Below are positions 1 to 10,544 of a stretch of DNA of 64,000 bases, piece after piece. Position numbers and translations under genes: made by a program. Source of the stretch: Bdellovibrionales bacterium (GTDB lineage: Bacteria; Bdellovibrionota; Bdellovibrionia; Bdellovibrionales; JAUICD01). How positions within the stretch are numbered: position 1 is the stretch's first letter; the number at the start of each line of letters is the position of its first letter. Below the pieces are notes generated by a model that saw only the letters and a program-made list of their open reading frames with translations, ran no database searches and was not told the origin of the DNA. The DNA lies in NCBI GenBank assembly GCA_965262715.1, contig OZ253553.1, forward strand, positions 1,344,001 to 1,408,000, in the 5' to 3' direction.

Positions 1-377
1 CCACACTAAAAGCAATCTGAAAACTCTTAAGGAGTGTTTAAAAGAGAAGTGTTTTATAATCTAGCGAAAATTTTTTTTACAGTTGCCATCAAAAAGATCG
101 CATCCAATATCATAAGAAATCACATCTATAGCCTATTTCTATTGTTAAATAGCTATAACCTTTTAAAGACTATAAATGCTTAAAAGTTGATTTTGTGACT
201 TAACGAGCTGGACCTTCAACTTCTTTTTTGAACTTCAAAATCATTGCCCTGAGGCCAGACTCGTGAAGCGAGCTTCTTCCTCTTTTTATCATTAGCCATT
301 ATCACTTCTTATTGTGTTTGGCTTCAAGATTTAATGTTTTTAAATAGGAGAGTTGAACGCAAATAGTAATGATACAT

Positions 378-1229
378 TTATGATTTAGTGAGAGAAACTT
401 GATCCCACCTGACTTTTACAGGTAAGAATTTTAAATAAGAAATTAAAATATATGTTTTAGCTGCATTGATCCTTTCAAGGTTCAAGCAACCATTCTTAAT
501 CTGACTACCTACTTCTTCTTTTTTCCATCCAAATCTACTATCATCTAGAGCATCTAAGACAGATTCTCTTAAATTTTTAGAGTCAATACCAGAGACAATT
601 ACATTATAATAAAAATCTCCTAAATCCAAATTATCTGAAGAATTTGCATAATCAATAACGTCTTGCAAAGGTTTATTATCTAAGTTCATCTCTTGATGAT
701 CCTTATTTACTTTTTCACTCTTATAAACGTCATCATCTTTTGGCTCTAGGCCTTCAAAGTGATGTTCTTTATGCGCATCATTTGTTCCTTTCGCAGACAT
801 GTCTGTAAACGGCTCGTCTTGAGACGTATCAAAATCAGATGGGGGTTTTGTCTCATCAGAAAACTCTCCGGGAACTTCTTGAAGAAAAGAACTTTCATGA
901 GGTGAATCCTCGAAAGCCTTCTGCTGATCAGTTATTTTGTTTTGATCTTCCAAATGAGCTTCTGTTTGAAAACTTTGATCAAAAGAAATAAAATCATCTG
1001 AAGATTCTTTTTGCTCTTCAGCACTTTGACCTTCCTCAGCAACCATAGGCTCATTTAAATGATCAGAGGCCTCTTGTTCATCTACTACATCATCATCTGG
1101 TGGCTTTTGTACATGGCCATCAAAGTCAATGAAAATAGGAGCTTGACAAGATGGACACTGAGTCAATCCATAAGAATCGTCTTCAATCTTTGTATTACAG
1201 TTAAAACAAGTATTAGAAACAGACACCAT
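378..1229 (-). CDS. Hypothetical protein with N-terminal zinc ribbon, acidic linker and C-terminal globular domain
   Basis: CxxC...CxxC (CFNC, CPSC) at the N-terminus; long D/E-rich middle. Confidence 0.7.
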   Translation of the reverse strand: MVSVSNTCFNCNTKIEDDSYGLTQCPSCQAPIFIDFDGHVQKPPDDDVVDEQEASDHLNEPMVAEEGQSAEEQKESSDDFISFDQSFQTEAHLEDQNKITDQQKAFEDSPHESSFLQEVPGEFSDETKPPSDFDTSQDEPFTDMSAKGTNDAHKEHHFEGLEPKDDDVYKSEKVNKDHQEMNLDNKPLQDVIDYANSSDNLDLGDFYYNVIVSGIDSKNLRESVLDALDDSRFGWKKEEVGSQIKNGCLNLERINAAKTYILISYLKFLPVKVRWDQVSLTKS

Positions 1230-1506
1230 ATTTAAATAACTCTATACTTGCAAATTTACAGTAGTCAACATTATTCATTCCATTAAAACCTAACTTTTCA
1301 AAATATAAAAAAGTGTAGATTCATAATCACCTGGACTTCATTTATTCCAAAATCCGGCATTCAAGGCAAACCGGCATACTGTACTAGAATCATAAAGTTT
1401 AGCATCATTATCATTCGCTTCAATTTTTCAATTTGTAATTAATTTATGTTAAATGCCAAATAGATAAAAAGTAATAACAACTGATGATAAGAATAGAAAA
1501 TATGTA

Positions 1507-4500
1507 TCAATGACGAAGTTTTCTTTCTTCTGCAAATGAGAAAAGCACTGGAACAACAAATAACGTGATCAACTCAATCAACATGCCACCTAAGGTGGGT
1601 AGAGCCATTGGCTTCATAACTTCACTGCCCGTTGATGTGGACCACATCACAGGCAACAAGGCTAAACTAGTGGTTGCAGTTGTCATCAACAAAGGTCGAA
1701 TGCGTCGACTGCCTGCTTCAAGTATCAGCGATTTGAGTTCATGAAAATTTGTAGGTTTATTCAGTTTCATTTCCTGCTTAAAATAAGTTATCATTAAAAT
1801 ACCATCATCAACAGCAATTCCAAATAGAGCGATAAATCCTACCCAGACAGCTACTGAGAGATTAAAACCACCAAGCCAAAGTAGAATAAGACCACCTGTC
1901 ATAGAAATAGGTACAGCACTAAAAATAATTATAGAGTTTACAAAACTTCCTGTACCTAAAAATAAAATGATCAAACTCATCATAAAAATCAATGGTAAAA
2001 TGAGTTTAAGTCGATTATTAGCCCTTACATGATTTTCATATTGTCCAGCCCAAACTAAGGAGTATTTTTCAGGTAAATTAACTTCTTTTTCAACAACCCT
2101 CTTAGCTCTCTGAACAAAGCCTATTAAATCACGATCTCTCACATTAAATAGCACTGTTGAACGGAGCATTCCATTTTCAGAAACAATATGAGAAGGCCCT
2201 GTTACAACTTTGATATCTGCTAATTGTTCTAAGGGGATATGTTGATTGAGAGGACTTGGCACTAAAATCCTTTTTAATTCATCAATACGATCTCTTAATT
2301 CTTTTTTATAACGTACACGAATAGAATATCTTTCTCTACCCTCATAAAATTGCCCAATGGACATACCACCAACAGCTGTTTGAAGGGTTTTATGAATAGT
2401 TCCTATGTTAATTCCAAATTGACTTGCAGATATACGATCAATATCAAATTCAATATAAGGTTTACTTGTTATTTGCTCTTTATAAACTCCATAAGCTCCC
2501 TTCGTCTTCTCTATTTTTTCAGCAATTTGAGAGCTTAAATCTTCTAAAACTTCAATATCATCACCAAAAATCTTAATACCCACTTGAGTTTTGATCCCTG
2601 TAGAGATCATTCCAATACGGGTTTGAATAGGAAAGCCCCAAGAGTTGACCAGGCCTGGTATTTGCAAGGACTTATCTAAGTCTTCCATAATATCATAAAT
2701 ATCTTTGCCTCTAGGCCACCTGCTTGAAGGAATTAAGCGAATAACAGTTTCTATCATAGATATAGGCGCAGGGTCTAAAACAGAGTCGGCTCTTCCTAGT
2801 TTCCCTACAGCAAAATCCACTAAAGGATGTTTATTTAAAACCTTATCTGTGTAAGATAAAATTTCTTTTGCCTTTGTTAGACTCACGTCAGATGTGGTCA
2901 CTGGCATATAAAGAATATCCCCCTCATTAAGCTCTGGCATAAACTCTTTGCCCAAATTCATAAAGGCTATAAAGCCTATCAAAATCAAAAAAGCAGGCGC
3001 TATTAGAAATAATCTTCTATGGCTTAAAACCCAATCCAACATAAAACGATACTTCTGAACAATAAAAAGACTTATCTTATTTTTTTTATTCATTTCTGTT
3101 TTAATAGATAGAAATTTCTCAAATGGAAAAACTTTATCTTTAAGTAGAAATACAGAAAGTGCTGGAATAAGAAATACGGCTACAACCAATGACCCTAAAA
3201 GCGCAAATGTTTTTGCCCATGCAAGTGGCCAGAAAAGCTGTCCTTCACTTCCTTCTAAGGCGAGAATGGGAAGGAAGGTCACAATAGTTGTCATAATAGA
3301 TGTGAAAATGGCAGGGCTAATCTCTTGCGCGCAAGTTGTGATAATGCGAACTTTTTCTTTAAGAGATGTATAAGAAGAGGCCATTAGACGAGAGTAAATA
3401 GCCTCTGTCATAATGATTCCCATATCAACAATAGTTCCAATGGCAATAACTATCCCAGACAAACTCATCACATTAGAATCTATTCCAAAAAGTTTCATAA
3501 ATATAAAACTTATACCTATTGCAAAAGGCAGAGTGAGGGAAACAAGTATTCCACACCATAAGTGTAAAAGAAAAATAAAAACCAATAAGATAGCAACTAT
3601 AACTTCTTGTATTAAAGCCTTATATACAGTGCCTATTGTGTTTTCTATCAGCTCTGTACGATCATAAAATGGCACAAGGTGAACACCTTTAGGCAATCCT
3701 TTTTGAATATTTTTAATTCGTTCTTTAATGTTTTGGATCACTTGTTTAGGGTTTTCACCAAATCGCATAGTGACAACACCACCAACTGTTTCTAAGCCAT
3801 TTTTATCTAAAACTCCTCTTCTAAAAGCAGGTCCAAGACCAACAGATGCAACATCTTTTACATAAACAGGTGTTTTATTTTTAACAGCTATCACTACGTT
3901 TTCAATATCTGCAAGCGACTTAAAAAAGCCTTTACCTCTTACAATAAACTCACGACTTCCATCTTCTATAACTTCGGCACCTACATCTATATTGCTATTT
4001 TGGATAGCCTTAACTAGAGTGCTAAAATGAACATCAAAGGCAAATAGTTTTTTAGGATCAACATCAATTTGATATTCTTTAACAAAGCCACCAACACTAG
4101 CCACTTCACTGACACCTTCTACACTTTGCAGATGATACTTTACATAAAAGTCTTGTAGAGATCTCAATTGAGCTAAAGATTTAAGTGATTCACCACTTTC
4201 ATTATTTTCAATAGTGTACCAGAATACCTGTCCTAAACCTGTAGCATCTGGCCCTAATCTTGGCTCTACTCCTGGTGGCAAACCTGTTCGAGATTCAAGG
4301 AGTTTTTCAATGATACGGGAACGGCTCCAATAAAAATCAACTTCTTCTTTAAAAATCACATAAATAGTAGAAAAACCAAATACAGAAATACCTCTGACTG
4401 TTTTCACTCCAGGGGTACCTTGAAGCAAGACACTTAGAGGATACGTTATTTGCTCATCTATATCCTTAGGTGATCTGCCAGGCCAATCAGTAAAAACAAT

Positions 4501-4638
4501 TTGCTGGTTTTCCCCGATATCAGGTATAAAATCTATATTTGAGCTGCGTACACTGAAAATAGAGATGAGACCCACAAGAACAAAACTAGTGACAACAAAG
4601 ATACGGTACCGAATCGACAGCTCTATAAGCTTTTTCAT
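1507..4638 (-). CDS. cusA: CusA/CzcA family heavy-metal efflux RND transporter
   Basis: 1043 aa; LGPDATGLG, SLSGIVIAIGTIVD, GFIALFGIAVD and RIRPLLMT motifs. Confidence 0.93.
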   Translation of the reverse strand: MKKLIELSIRYRIFVVTSFVLVGLISIFSVRSSNIDFIPDIGENQQIVFTDWPGRSPKDIDEQITYPLSVLLQGTPGVKTVRGISVFGFSTIYVIFKEEVDFYWSRSRIIEKLLESRTGLPPGVEPRLGPDATGLGQVFWYTIENNESGESLKSLAQLRSLQDFYVKYHLQSVEGVSEVASVGGFVKEYQIDVDPKKLFAFDVHFSTLVKAIQNSNIDVGAEVIEDGSREFIVRGKGFFKSLADIENVVIAVKNKTPVYVKDVASVGLGPAFRRGVLDKNGLETVGGVVTMRFGENPKQVIQNIKERIKNIQKGLPKGVHLVPFYDRTELIENTIGTVYKALIQEVIVAILLVFIFLLHLWCGILVSLTLPFAIGISFIFMKLFGIDSNVMSLSGIVIAIGTIVDMGIIMTEAIYSRLMASSYTSLKEKVRIITTCAQEISPAIFTSIMTTIVTFLPILALEGSEGQLFWPLAWAKTFALLGSLVVAVFLIPALSVFLLKDKVFPFEKFLSIKTEMNKKNKISLFIVQKYRFMLDWVLSHRRLFLIAPAFLILIGFIAFMNLGKEFMPELNEGDILYMPVTTSDVSLTKAKEILSYTDKVLNKHPLVDFAVGKLGRADSVLDPAPISMIETVIRLIPSSRWPRGKDIYDIMEDLDKSLQIPGLVNSWGFPIQTRIGMISTGIKTQVGIKIFGDDIEVLEDLSSQIAEKIEKTKGAYGVYKEQITSKPYIEFDIDRISASQFGINIGTIHKTLQTAVGGMSIGQFYEGRERYSIRVRYKKELRDRIDELKRILVPSPLNQHIPLEQLADIKVVTGPSHIVSENGMLRSTVLFNVRDRDLIGFVQRAKRVVEKEVNLPEKYSLVWAGQYENHVRANNRLKLILPLIFMMSLIILFLGTGSFVNSIIIFSAVPISMTGGLILLWLGGFNLSVAVWVGFIALFGIAVDDGILMITYFKQEMKLNKPTNFHELKSLILEAGSRRIRPLLMTTATTSLALLPVMWSTSTGSEVMKPMALPTLGGMLIELITLFVVPVLFSFAEERKLRH

Positions 4639-4983
4639 TTTAGATGATCCTAATAAACCTCAAGTATAAAATATTCGGAGTTATGCCTACATGATTAAAG
4701 GCTCTTTACCTTATAAACCTTATAAAATGACATTTTTACTCATTTTTAACATAACATACTGAACTTTATAATAGGGATATAAATAATAAGAGATGAAATT
4801 AGTGTTTTGTGTAAGAAAACCAATTCAATAAATCTACATGGTGCATAAGAACAAGACTTAAGTATTTTGACATAGTTTATATAAATAAGTTCCTAATTGA
4901 TCTGCCTGTTTTGCTAAGTCAGCATGGCCTATCATATTCAATATAGCTTGTAAAGGATAACTCTTAACATAAGAAGGCTAAGT

Positions 4984-5073
4984 AATACTTGAAGCAGCTC
5001 TTCTAAATGGGTCTTTATCAAGGCTGTATAAATGTAATTTTTGAGAATTACGATAGAATTTAAGTGCTAACTG
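4984..5073 (-). pseudogene. Second, shorter fragment of a four-helix-bundle protein gene
   Basis: Near-identical copy of 5394-5483 (410 bp offset). Confidence 0.6.
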
Positions 5074-5100
5074 AGCTGAACCTTCAATTTATTTCTTGAA

Positions 5101-5292
5101 CTGTTTCACTCAAAATGAACCTGCCTCTCGAGGCGAGCCTCTCGAGGTGAGCCTCTTGAGGCGAGCCTCTGGCAGTTTTCTGGCAATGACTGCGACGGTT
5201 AACACCCTCGACAAATAAGTCATTGCCTAGAAAACCTGTTCATTTTGAGTAAGAAGATAATCCTCATTCTTTTATACCATGTTAAGGAAATC
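5101..5292 (+). repeat. Palindromic element family PE1, copy with 3 x 14-bp GCCTCTCGAGGCGA units
   Basis: Outer stem actcaaaatgaac...gttcattttgagt, inner stem ggcaatgac...gtcattgcc, terminal tgttaagg motif; homologous to copies at 24246, 38463, 40148 and 59438. Confidence 0.85.
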
Positions 5293-5311
5293 ATTTGAGT
5301 TATGTCCAAGC

Positions 5312-5483
5312 TAAGAGAGCCAAGGCTAATATAATAAAATTTTCTGCGATCCTTAGCTGTTGGTTTAGCACTGCCTTCAGCTAAGTTGAGTACAATACTT
5401 GAAGCAGCTCTTCTAAATTGATCTTTATGAGGACTGTATAAATGTAATTTTTGAGAATTACGATAGAATTTAAGTGCTAACTG
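5312..5483 (-). pseudogene. Four-helix-bundle (23S rRNA IVP/TIGR02436-like) protein fragment
   Basis: Manual translation QLALKFYRNSQKLHLYSPHKDQFRRAASSIVLNLAEGSAKPTAKDRRKFYYISLGSL; no start codon; bounded by PE1 copies. Confidence 0.75.
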
Positions 5484-5510
5484 AGCTGAACCTTCAATTT
5501 ATTTCTTGAA

Positions 5511-5566
5511 CTGTTTCACTCAAAATGAACCTGCCTCTCAAGGCGAGCCTCTCAAGGCGAGCCTCT
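5511..5566 (+). repeat. Truncated PE1 copy (2 x 14-bp units)
   Basis: ctgtttcactcaaaatgaacctgcctctcaaggcgagcctctcaaggcgagcctct. Confidence 0.75.
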
Positions 5567-5698
5567 TCCCATTCTTATCATTGGTTTTTATCACTTCTTT
5601 CTTGTTTAAAATCAATATATAGTGCTCTCAAATAGAAGAATTGAACTTGAATGGTAATGATAAGTTTTAAGTTTTTGCATAAAGAGAAATAAAAATAT

Positions 5699-5860
5699 TT
5701 TCCTTAACATGATGTTAAGAACAAGAAGTATCTCCTTCCTAAAAATAAACGGATTTTTGAGGTAGTCAGCTTTTTACTGAAGAGGATACATCCCGTAGCA
5801 TAAGCCTTCATGCTAATTACCCAAAAACTGCTAGAAGCAGGTTTATTTTTAGGGAAACAA
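5699..5860 (-). repeat. PE1 copy, reverse orientation
   Basis: ccttaacatgatgttaag hairpin; cctaaaaataaac...gtttatttttagg outer stem; ggtagtcagc...gctaattacc inner stem. Confidence 0.75.
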
Positions 5861-5913
5861 CATGTTGAAACATCAATCACTTCTAGTTAAGTGACAATCA
5901 TTTTAGATAGCTC

Positions 5914-7485
5914 TTACTGTATTGGTAATGCTAAACCTCGATTGCTGAAAATATTCTTGATACTCTGAGCATATTCAGCGGCTTTATCTCCATCATAAAG
6001 CTGTTGGCTTAGATTATGTATTTTAACTCCTGCCGTCTCAAAATCATCATTACCGCTAAGTAAAGGTAAATGCTCAGAAAAGAGTACAGCAATATCTCTT
6101 TTATTTGTGTCAGAATGCTCAAATATCTGAGACCATATTGTTGTATAAACAAGGAAACCCACTGTATGAACTTGACCACTAGGGTATGAACTATCACATG
6201 TATTATAAATATTATTGGCAGTTGATTGTAAAGTGATACTGGTGAAAGAACCACAACGATTTCTCACACGACGATTTAAGTCAGCAATTGTGTAACTAGG
6301 TTTTATTAAATATTGATGAAACTCAGCTTGACCCTCATTGATGGCATTAAAGCAGCCCTTATATGTTTCACAACATCGATTCGCTGTTGAACCTGTATCA
6401 GAACTACAAGCTTGATATTTTTCACCATAAATATAAGAACCTTTTGAATAAGAAAGATTTGCGTGACCTGCCTCATGAAATAGAGCCCAAAAAAGATCAT
6501 TTCTTCTTGGAAAAGTCATCTTATTTCCAAAAATATTCCAAAAAGCCCACCAATCTGTTCGATTTTCAACATCGACTTTAATATTTTTGTTAGAAGCATA
6601 CCAATTATTTGCATTTAGCTCCATCCATTCTTTTTGATACATCAGCCAGTGATACAAGTTGGCTTGGGATATTGTATAATTTGGATCACTGTTATAAGGT
6701 TTTGTCCATTTGTCGTTTAATAAAGTTGCTCTTTGTAAGCCTTCTATTGTGATTTTATAAGAAGAGTTTTCAAGAAAATTGTTTATTGCATCTAAAATGT
6801 TAACTGCATAATTATTTACTGTAGAGGAACCTTCTTGAAGAATACAAGCATTGTAGTTAGGGTTATTTTGGCAATTTGCAATCACCCTACCTTCTCTTTC
6901 TGGTTTTCTAATATGTAGAGGTATTGTTGTTGTACTTGTCGTAGTTGTCGTTGTCGTGGTTGTTGGAGTAACTGCCTCTTGTAAAACTCTAATTATTTCT
7001 TCGTCACTTGCCAGGTTTAAAGCTGTCTGGCCATTATTGTTTTGTAGATTTACATTAGCACCATTAGCAATTAAAGCTTTAACTATTTCTAAGTGGTTTT
7101 TACTGCTCGCCTCTATTAAAGCTGTATTGCCATAATTATTTTGATGATTTACATTAGCACCATTAGCAATTAAAGCTTTAACTATCTCTAAATGACCTCC
7201 CCTGCTTGCTAAAATCAAAGCTTCTTCTTTATTGCTAGGTAATGTTGTTGTCGTGCTCGTTGTTGTTGTAGTTGCCTCTGGCTGTGCTGTTGTGCTTGTT
7301 GTCGTGGTTATGACAATCAATTGTGTCGTAGTTGTTACCACTGGTTGTGTTGTCGTTGTCGTAGTTATCAAACCTATTTGATCATTTCCTATTCGATCAT
7401 TTTCTGAATTTAAGGTATGATGATTTTTTCCACAAGATACCAAAAAGATACAAGATAAAGACAATGCTAATAATCTTAGTATCAT
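5914..7485 (-). CDS. Lipoprotein with Thr-rich linkers, about 2 ankyrin repeats and a gluzincin (M4/M36-like) metallopeptidase domain, copy 1
   Basis: Lipobox LVSC; ankyrin TALxxA...GHLEIVKAL; HEAGH, NEGQAE and GQVH motifs; start set at MILRLL by comparison with the paralog. Confidence 0.8.
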   Translation of the reverse strand: MILRLLALSLSCIFLVSCGKNHHTLNSENDRIGNDQIGLITTTTTTQPVVTTTTQLIVITTTTSTTAQPEATTTTTSTTTTLPSNKEEALILASRGGHLEIVKALIANGANVNHQNNYGNTALIEASSKNHLEIVKALIANGANVNLQNNNGQTALNLASDEEIIRVLQEAVTPTTTTTTTTTSTTTIPLHIRKPEREGRVIANCQNNPNYNACILQEGSSTVNNYAVNILDAINNFLENSSYKITIEGLQRATLLNDKWTKPYNSDPNYTISQANLYHWLMYQKEWMELNANNWYASNKNIKVDVENRTDWWAFWNIFGNKMTFPRRNDLFWALFHEAGHANLSYSKGSYIYGEKYQACSSDTGSTANRCCETYKGCFNAINEGQAEFHQYLIKPSYTIADLNRRVRNRCGSFTSITLQSTANNIYNTCDSSYPSGQVHTVGFLVYTTIWSQIFEHSDTNKRDIAVLFSEHLPLLSGNDDFETAGVKIHNLSQQLYDGDKAAEYAQSIKNIFSNRGLALPIQ

Positions 7486-7986
7486 ATAGCAGCCCTTATA
7501 CATGTTGCAAATATCTTAGATAGGGAAAGATTAAAAAGTGAAAGTTATTACTTTCTTATCGGCTCTTTTAAAATAAAATCTGAGTACACATTTTTATTCT
7601 ATTTTCCATTTAATGTTTTATCTCAATTTCTCTTTTCCAGAGATATTTCCTTAAATTAAAGACTTTTTGAAATATTCCTATGTTATAGTGTGTATGAAAT
7701 ACAATTCAAAATATTGATAAGACTGCAACTTTAATCTTATTTTATGTACATAATATAAATTGAGTGATTTCAGAGGTTTAGAAGGTTTTTTCCAATAAGA
7801 TCACGGTCTTGATCTTATTTTATATACATACTAAAACGACCTTGTTACTTTACCTATATAAGAAGTATCAGATAAAGATTTAAATGTCTTTTATACATCT
7901 ATTTCCTAAGATATTGCAGACTTCTCTACCTAATACTCAAGATTTATATTGCAGATTTTTCAGACTTTTCTATAGACCTAAAATTA

Positions 7987-8073
7987 ATGATTATGCCAAA
8001 AAGGCGAGCTCTTCCGCAAGAGCAATCGCATATAAGCGATTGCTCAAGGATTGCCCACCTTTGTCATAATCAT
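7987..8073. repeat. REP-like hairpin element family PE3
   Basis: Arms atgattatgccaaa / tttgtcataatcat with inner hairpin gagcaatcgc-N6-gcgattgctc; similar to 42010 and 50623. Confidence 0.65.
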
Positions 8074-8175
8074 AACCTGATGACTTGTATTAGTTTTATC
8101 TAAAATAATTTCAATATGCTATGTTGAAATATCAATCATTTTTAGTTAAGTGGCACTTGTTCTAGATAGCCCTTA

Positions 8176-9972
8176 CTACTCTATTGGTAATGGTAAACCT
8201 CGATTGCTGAAAATATTTTTGATGATCTGAGCATATTCATCGGCTTTATCTCCATCATAAAGCTGTTGGCTTAGATTATGTATTTTAACTCCTGCCGTCT
8301 CAAAATCATCATTACCGCTAAGTAAAGGTAAATGCTCAGAAAAGAGCACTGCAATATCTCTTTTATTTGTGTCAGAATGCTCAAATATCTGAGACCATAT
8401 TGTTGTATAAACAAGGAAACCCACTGTATGAATTTGACCACTAGGGTATGAACTATCACATGTATTATAAATATTATTGGCAGTTGATTGTAAAGTGATA
8501 CTGGTGAAAAAGCCACAGCGGTTTCTCACACGATGATTTAAATCAACAATTGTATCATTAGACTTTATCAAATATTGATGAAACTCAGCTTGCCCTTCGT
8601 TTATTGCATCAAAGCAGCCTTTATATGTTTCACAACATTGATTAGCTGTTGAACCTGTATCAGAACTACAAGCTTGATATTTTTCACCATAAATATAAGA
8701 ACCTTTTGAATAAGAAAGATTTGCGTGACCTGCCTCATGAAATAGAGCCCAAAAAAGGTTTTGTTCTCTTGGAAAACGCATCTTATTAAAACTTGAAGAC
8801 CAAAATGCAGATCCATTTGTACGATCTTCTATCGCAGCTGTTATTCCTTTACCAGAAGCATACCAAGTATTCGCATTTAACTCCATCCATTCTTTCTGAT
8901 ACATCAACCAGTGATATAAATTGGCTTGGGACACTGTATAGTTTGAATCACTGTTATAAGATTTTGTCCATTTGCCGTTTAATAAGGTTGCCCTTGTTAG
9001 GCCTTCTATTGTGATTTTATAAGAAGAGTTTTCAAGAAAATTATTTACTGTATCTAAAATGTTAACTGCATAATTATTGACTCTAGAGGAATCTTCTTGG
9101 AGAATACAAGCATTGTAATTAGAGTTATTTTGACAACTTGTAATCACCCTACCTTCTCTTTCTGGTTTTCTAATATGCAGAGGTATTGTTGTTGTACTTG
9201 TCGTAGTAGTAGTAGTAATAATTGGCTGTGTCGTTGTTGTACTTGTCGTTGTCGTGGTTGTTGGAGTAACTGCCTCTTGCAAGACTCTAATTATTTCTGG
9301 ATCACTGGTTAGATTTAAAGCTGTTTGGCCATTATCATTTTGTAGATTCACATTGTCGCCACTGGCAATCAATTTTTTAACTATTTCTAAGTGACCTTGA
9401 TAACTGGCATACATTAAAGCTGTCCAACCACGATTATCTTGCAGATTCATATTCGCATTAGCAACAATCAATGTTTTAACTACTTCTAAATCACTTGCAT
9501 ACGTTAAAGCCGTCCTTCCACTCTCATTTTGATGATCTACATCAGCCCCAGCATCAATCAAAACCTTAACTATTTCTAAGTGGCTTTTATTGCTCGCCTC
9601 TATTAAAGCCGTATTACCATAATCATTTTGATGATTCACATTAGCACCATTAGCAATTAAGGCTTTAGCTATTTCTAAATGACCTTCTCTGCTTGCCAAA
9701 ATCAAAGCTTGACCTTTATTACTAGGTAGTGTTGTTGTCGTGCTCGTTGTTGTTGTAGTTGCCTCTAACTGTGCTGTTGTGCTTGTTGTCGTGGTTATAA
9801 CAATCAATTGTGTCGTAGTTGTTACCACTGGTTGTGTTGTCGTTGTCGTAGTTATCAAACCTATATGATCATTTCCTATGTCATCATTTTCTGAATTTGA
9901 GGTATGATGATTTTCTCCACAAGATACCAAAAAGATACAAGATAAAGACAACGCTAATAATCTTAGTATCAT
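8176..9972 (-). CDS. Lipoprotein with Thr-rich linkers, about 4 ankyrin repeats and a gluzincin metallopeptidase domain, copy 2
   Basis: Tandem paralog of 5914-7485; LVSC lipobox, HEAGH, NEGQAE. Confidence 0.8.
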   Translation of the reverse strand: MILRLLALSLSCIFLVSCGENHHTSNSENDDIGNDHIGLITTTTTTQPVVTTTTQLIVITTTTSTTAQLEATTTTTSTTTTLPSNKGQALILASREGHLEIAKALIANGANVNHQNDYGNTALIEASNKSHLEIVKVLIDAGADVDHQNESGRTALTYASDLEVVKTLIVANANMNLQDNRGWTALMYASYQGHLEIVKKLIASGDNVNLQNDNGQTALNLTSDPEIIRVLQEAVTPTTTTTTSTTTTQPIITTTTTTSTTTIPLHIRKPEREGRVITSCQNNSNYNACILQEDSSRVNNYAVNILDTVNNFLENSSYKITIEGLTRATLLNGKWTKSYNSDSNYTVSQANLYHWLMYQKEWMELNANTWYASGKGITAAIEDRTNGSAFWSSSFNKMRFPREQNLFWALFHEAGHANLSYSKGSYIYGEKYQACSSDTGSTANQCCETYKGCFDAINEGQAEFHQYLIKSNDTIVDLNHRVRNRCGFFTSITLQSTANNIYNTCDSSYPSGQIHTVGFLVYTTIWSQIFEHSDTNKRDIAVLFSEHLPLLSGNDDFETAGVKIHNLSQQLYDGDKADEYAQIIKNIFSNRGLPLPIE

Positions 9973-10544
9973 ATACTAGCCTTCTTAAAGCCCTTATAGA
10001 TGTTGTAAATATCTTGGATAAGGAAAGATTAAAAAATGAAAACCATTACTTTACTTATCGACTCTTTTAAAATAAAGCTCACAGATTTATTTTATTTCAC
10101 CATTTAATGTTTCATTTTAATCCTTTTTTCTAAAGATATTCTTCTATAGAATACTCCCTGTGATAGTGAAATATAATCTAAGATATGGATAAAACCACAG
10201 CTTTGATCTTATTTTACATACAAGACATAAATCAAATCACTCCAGCATCTTAGTAAGTTTATAAGAAAATATATATTCTATCATCATGACATTAAACTAC
10301 ACATATAACCACGCACGTGAGTTGCCTGTTATGTAGTGAATAGGCTTACTATAGTCCTAGCCTAAATCATTAAATTTGTTACTATACTTGCAACAAATTC
10401 TCCATAAGTAATTTATCGACATAAACAACTTATGGCATGACAGTTTATATACTATAAATAGTATTGGATATTAGTAGTACAAAAAAATTTTATTGCATAA
10501 ATATTTGTAATTAGTTGTCTAATAGTTTAGACAAATTATGAACC

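Noticed and set aside
5123..5170. 14-bp tandem units as a mini-CRISPR
   Set aside because: No spacers; the units are contiguous and belong to PE1
7884..8069. 61-aa ORF
   Set aside because: Runs through a PE3 hairpin; no recognisable product
5312..9972. Diversity-generating retroelement (Avd-like helix bundle plus variable paralogs)
   Set aside because: No reverse transcriptase in the window, and differences between paralogs are not adenine-specific
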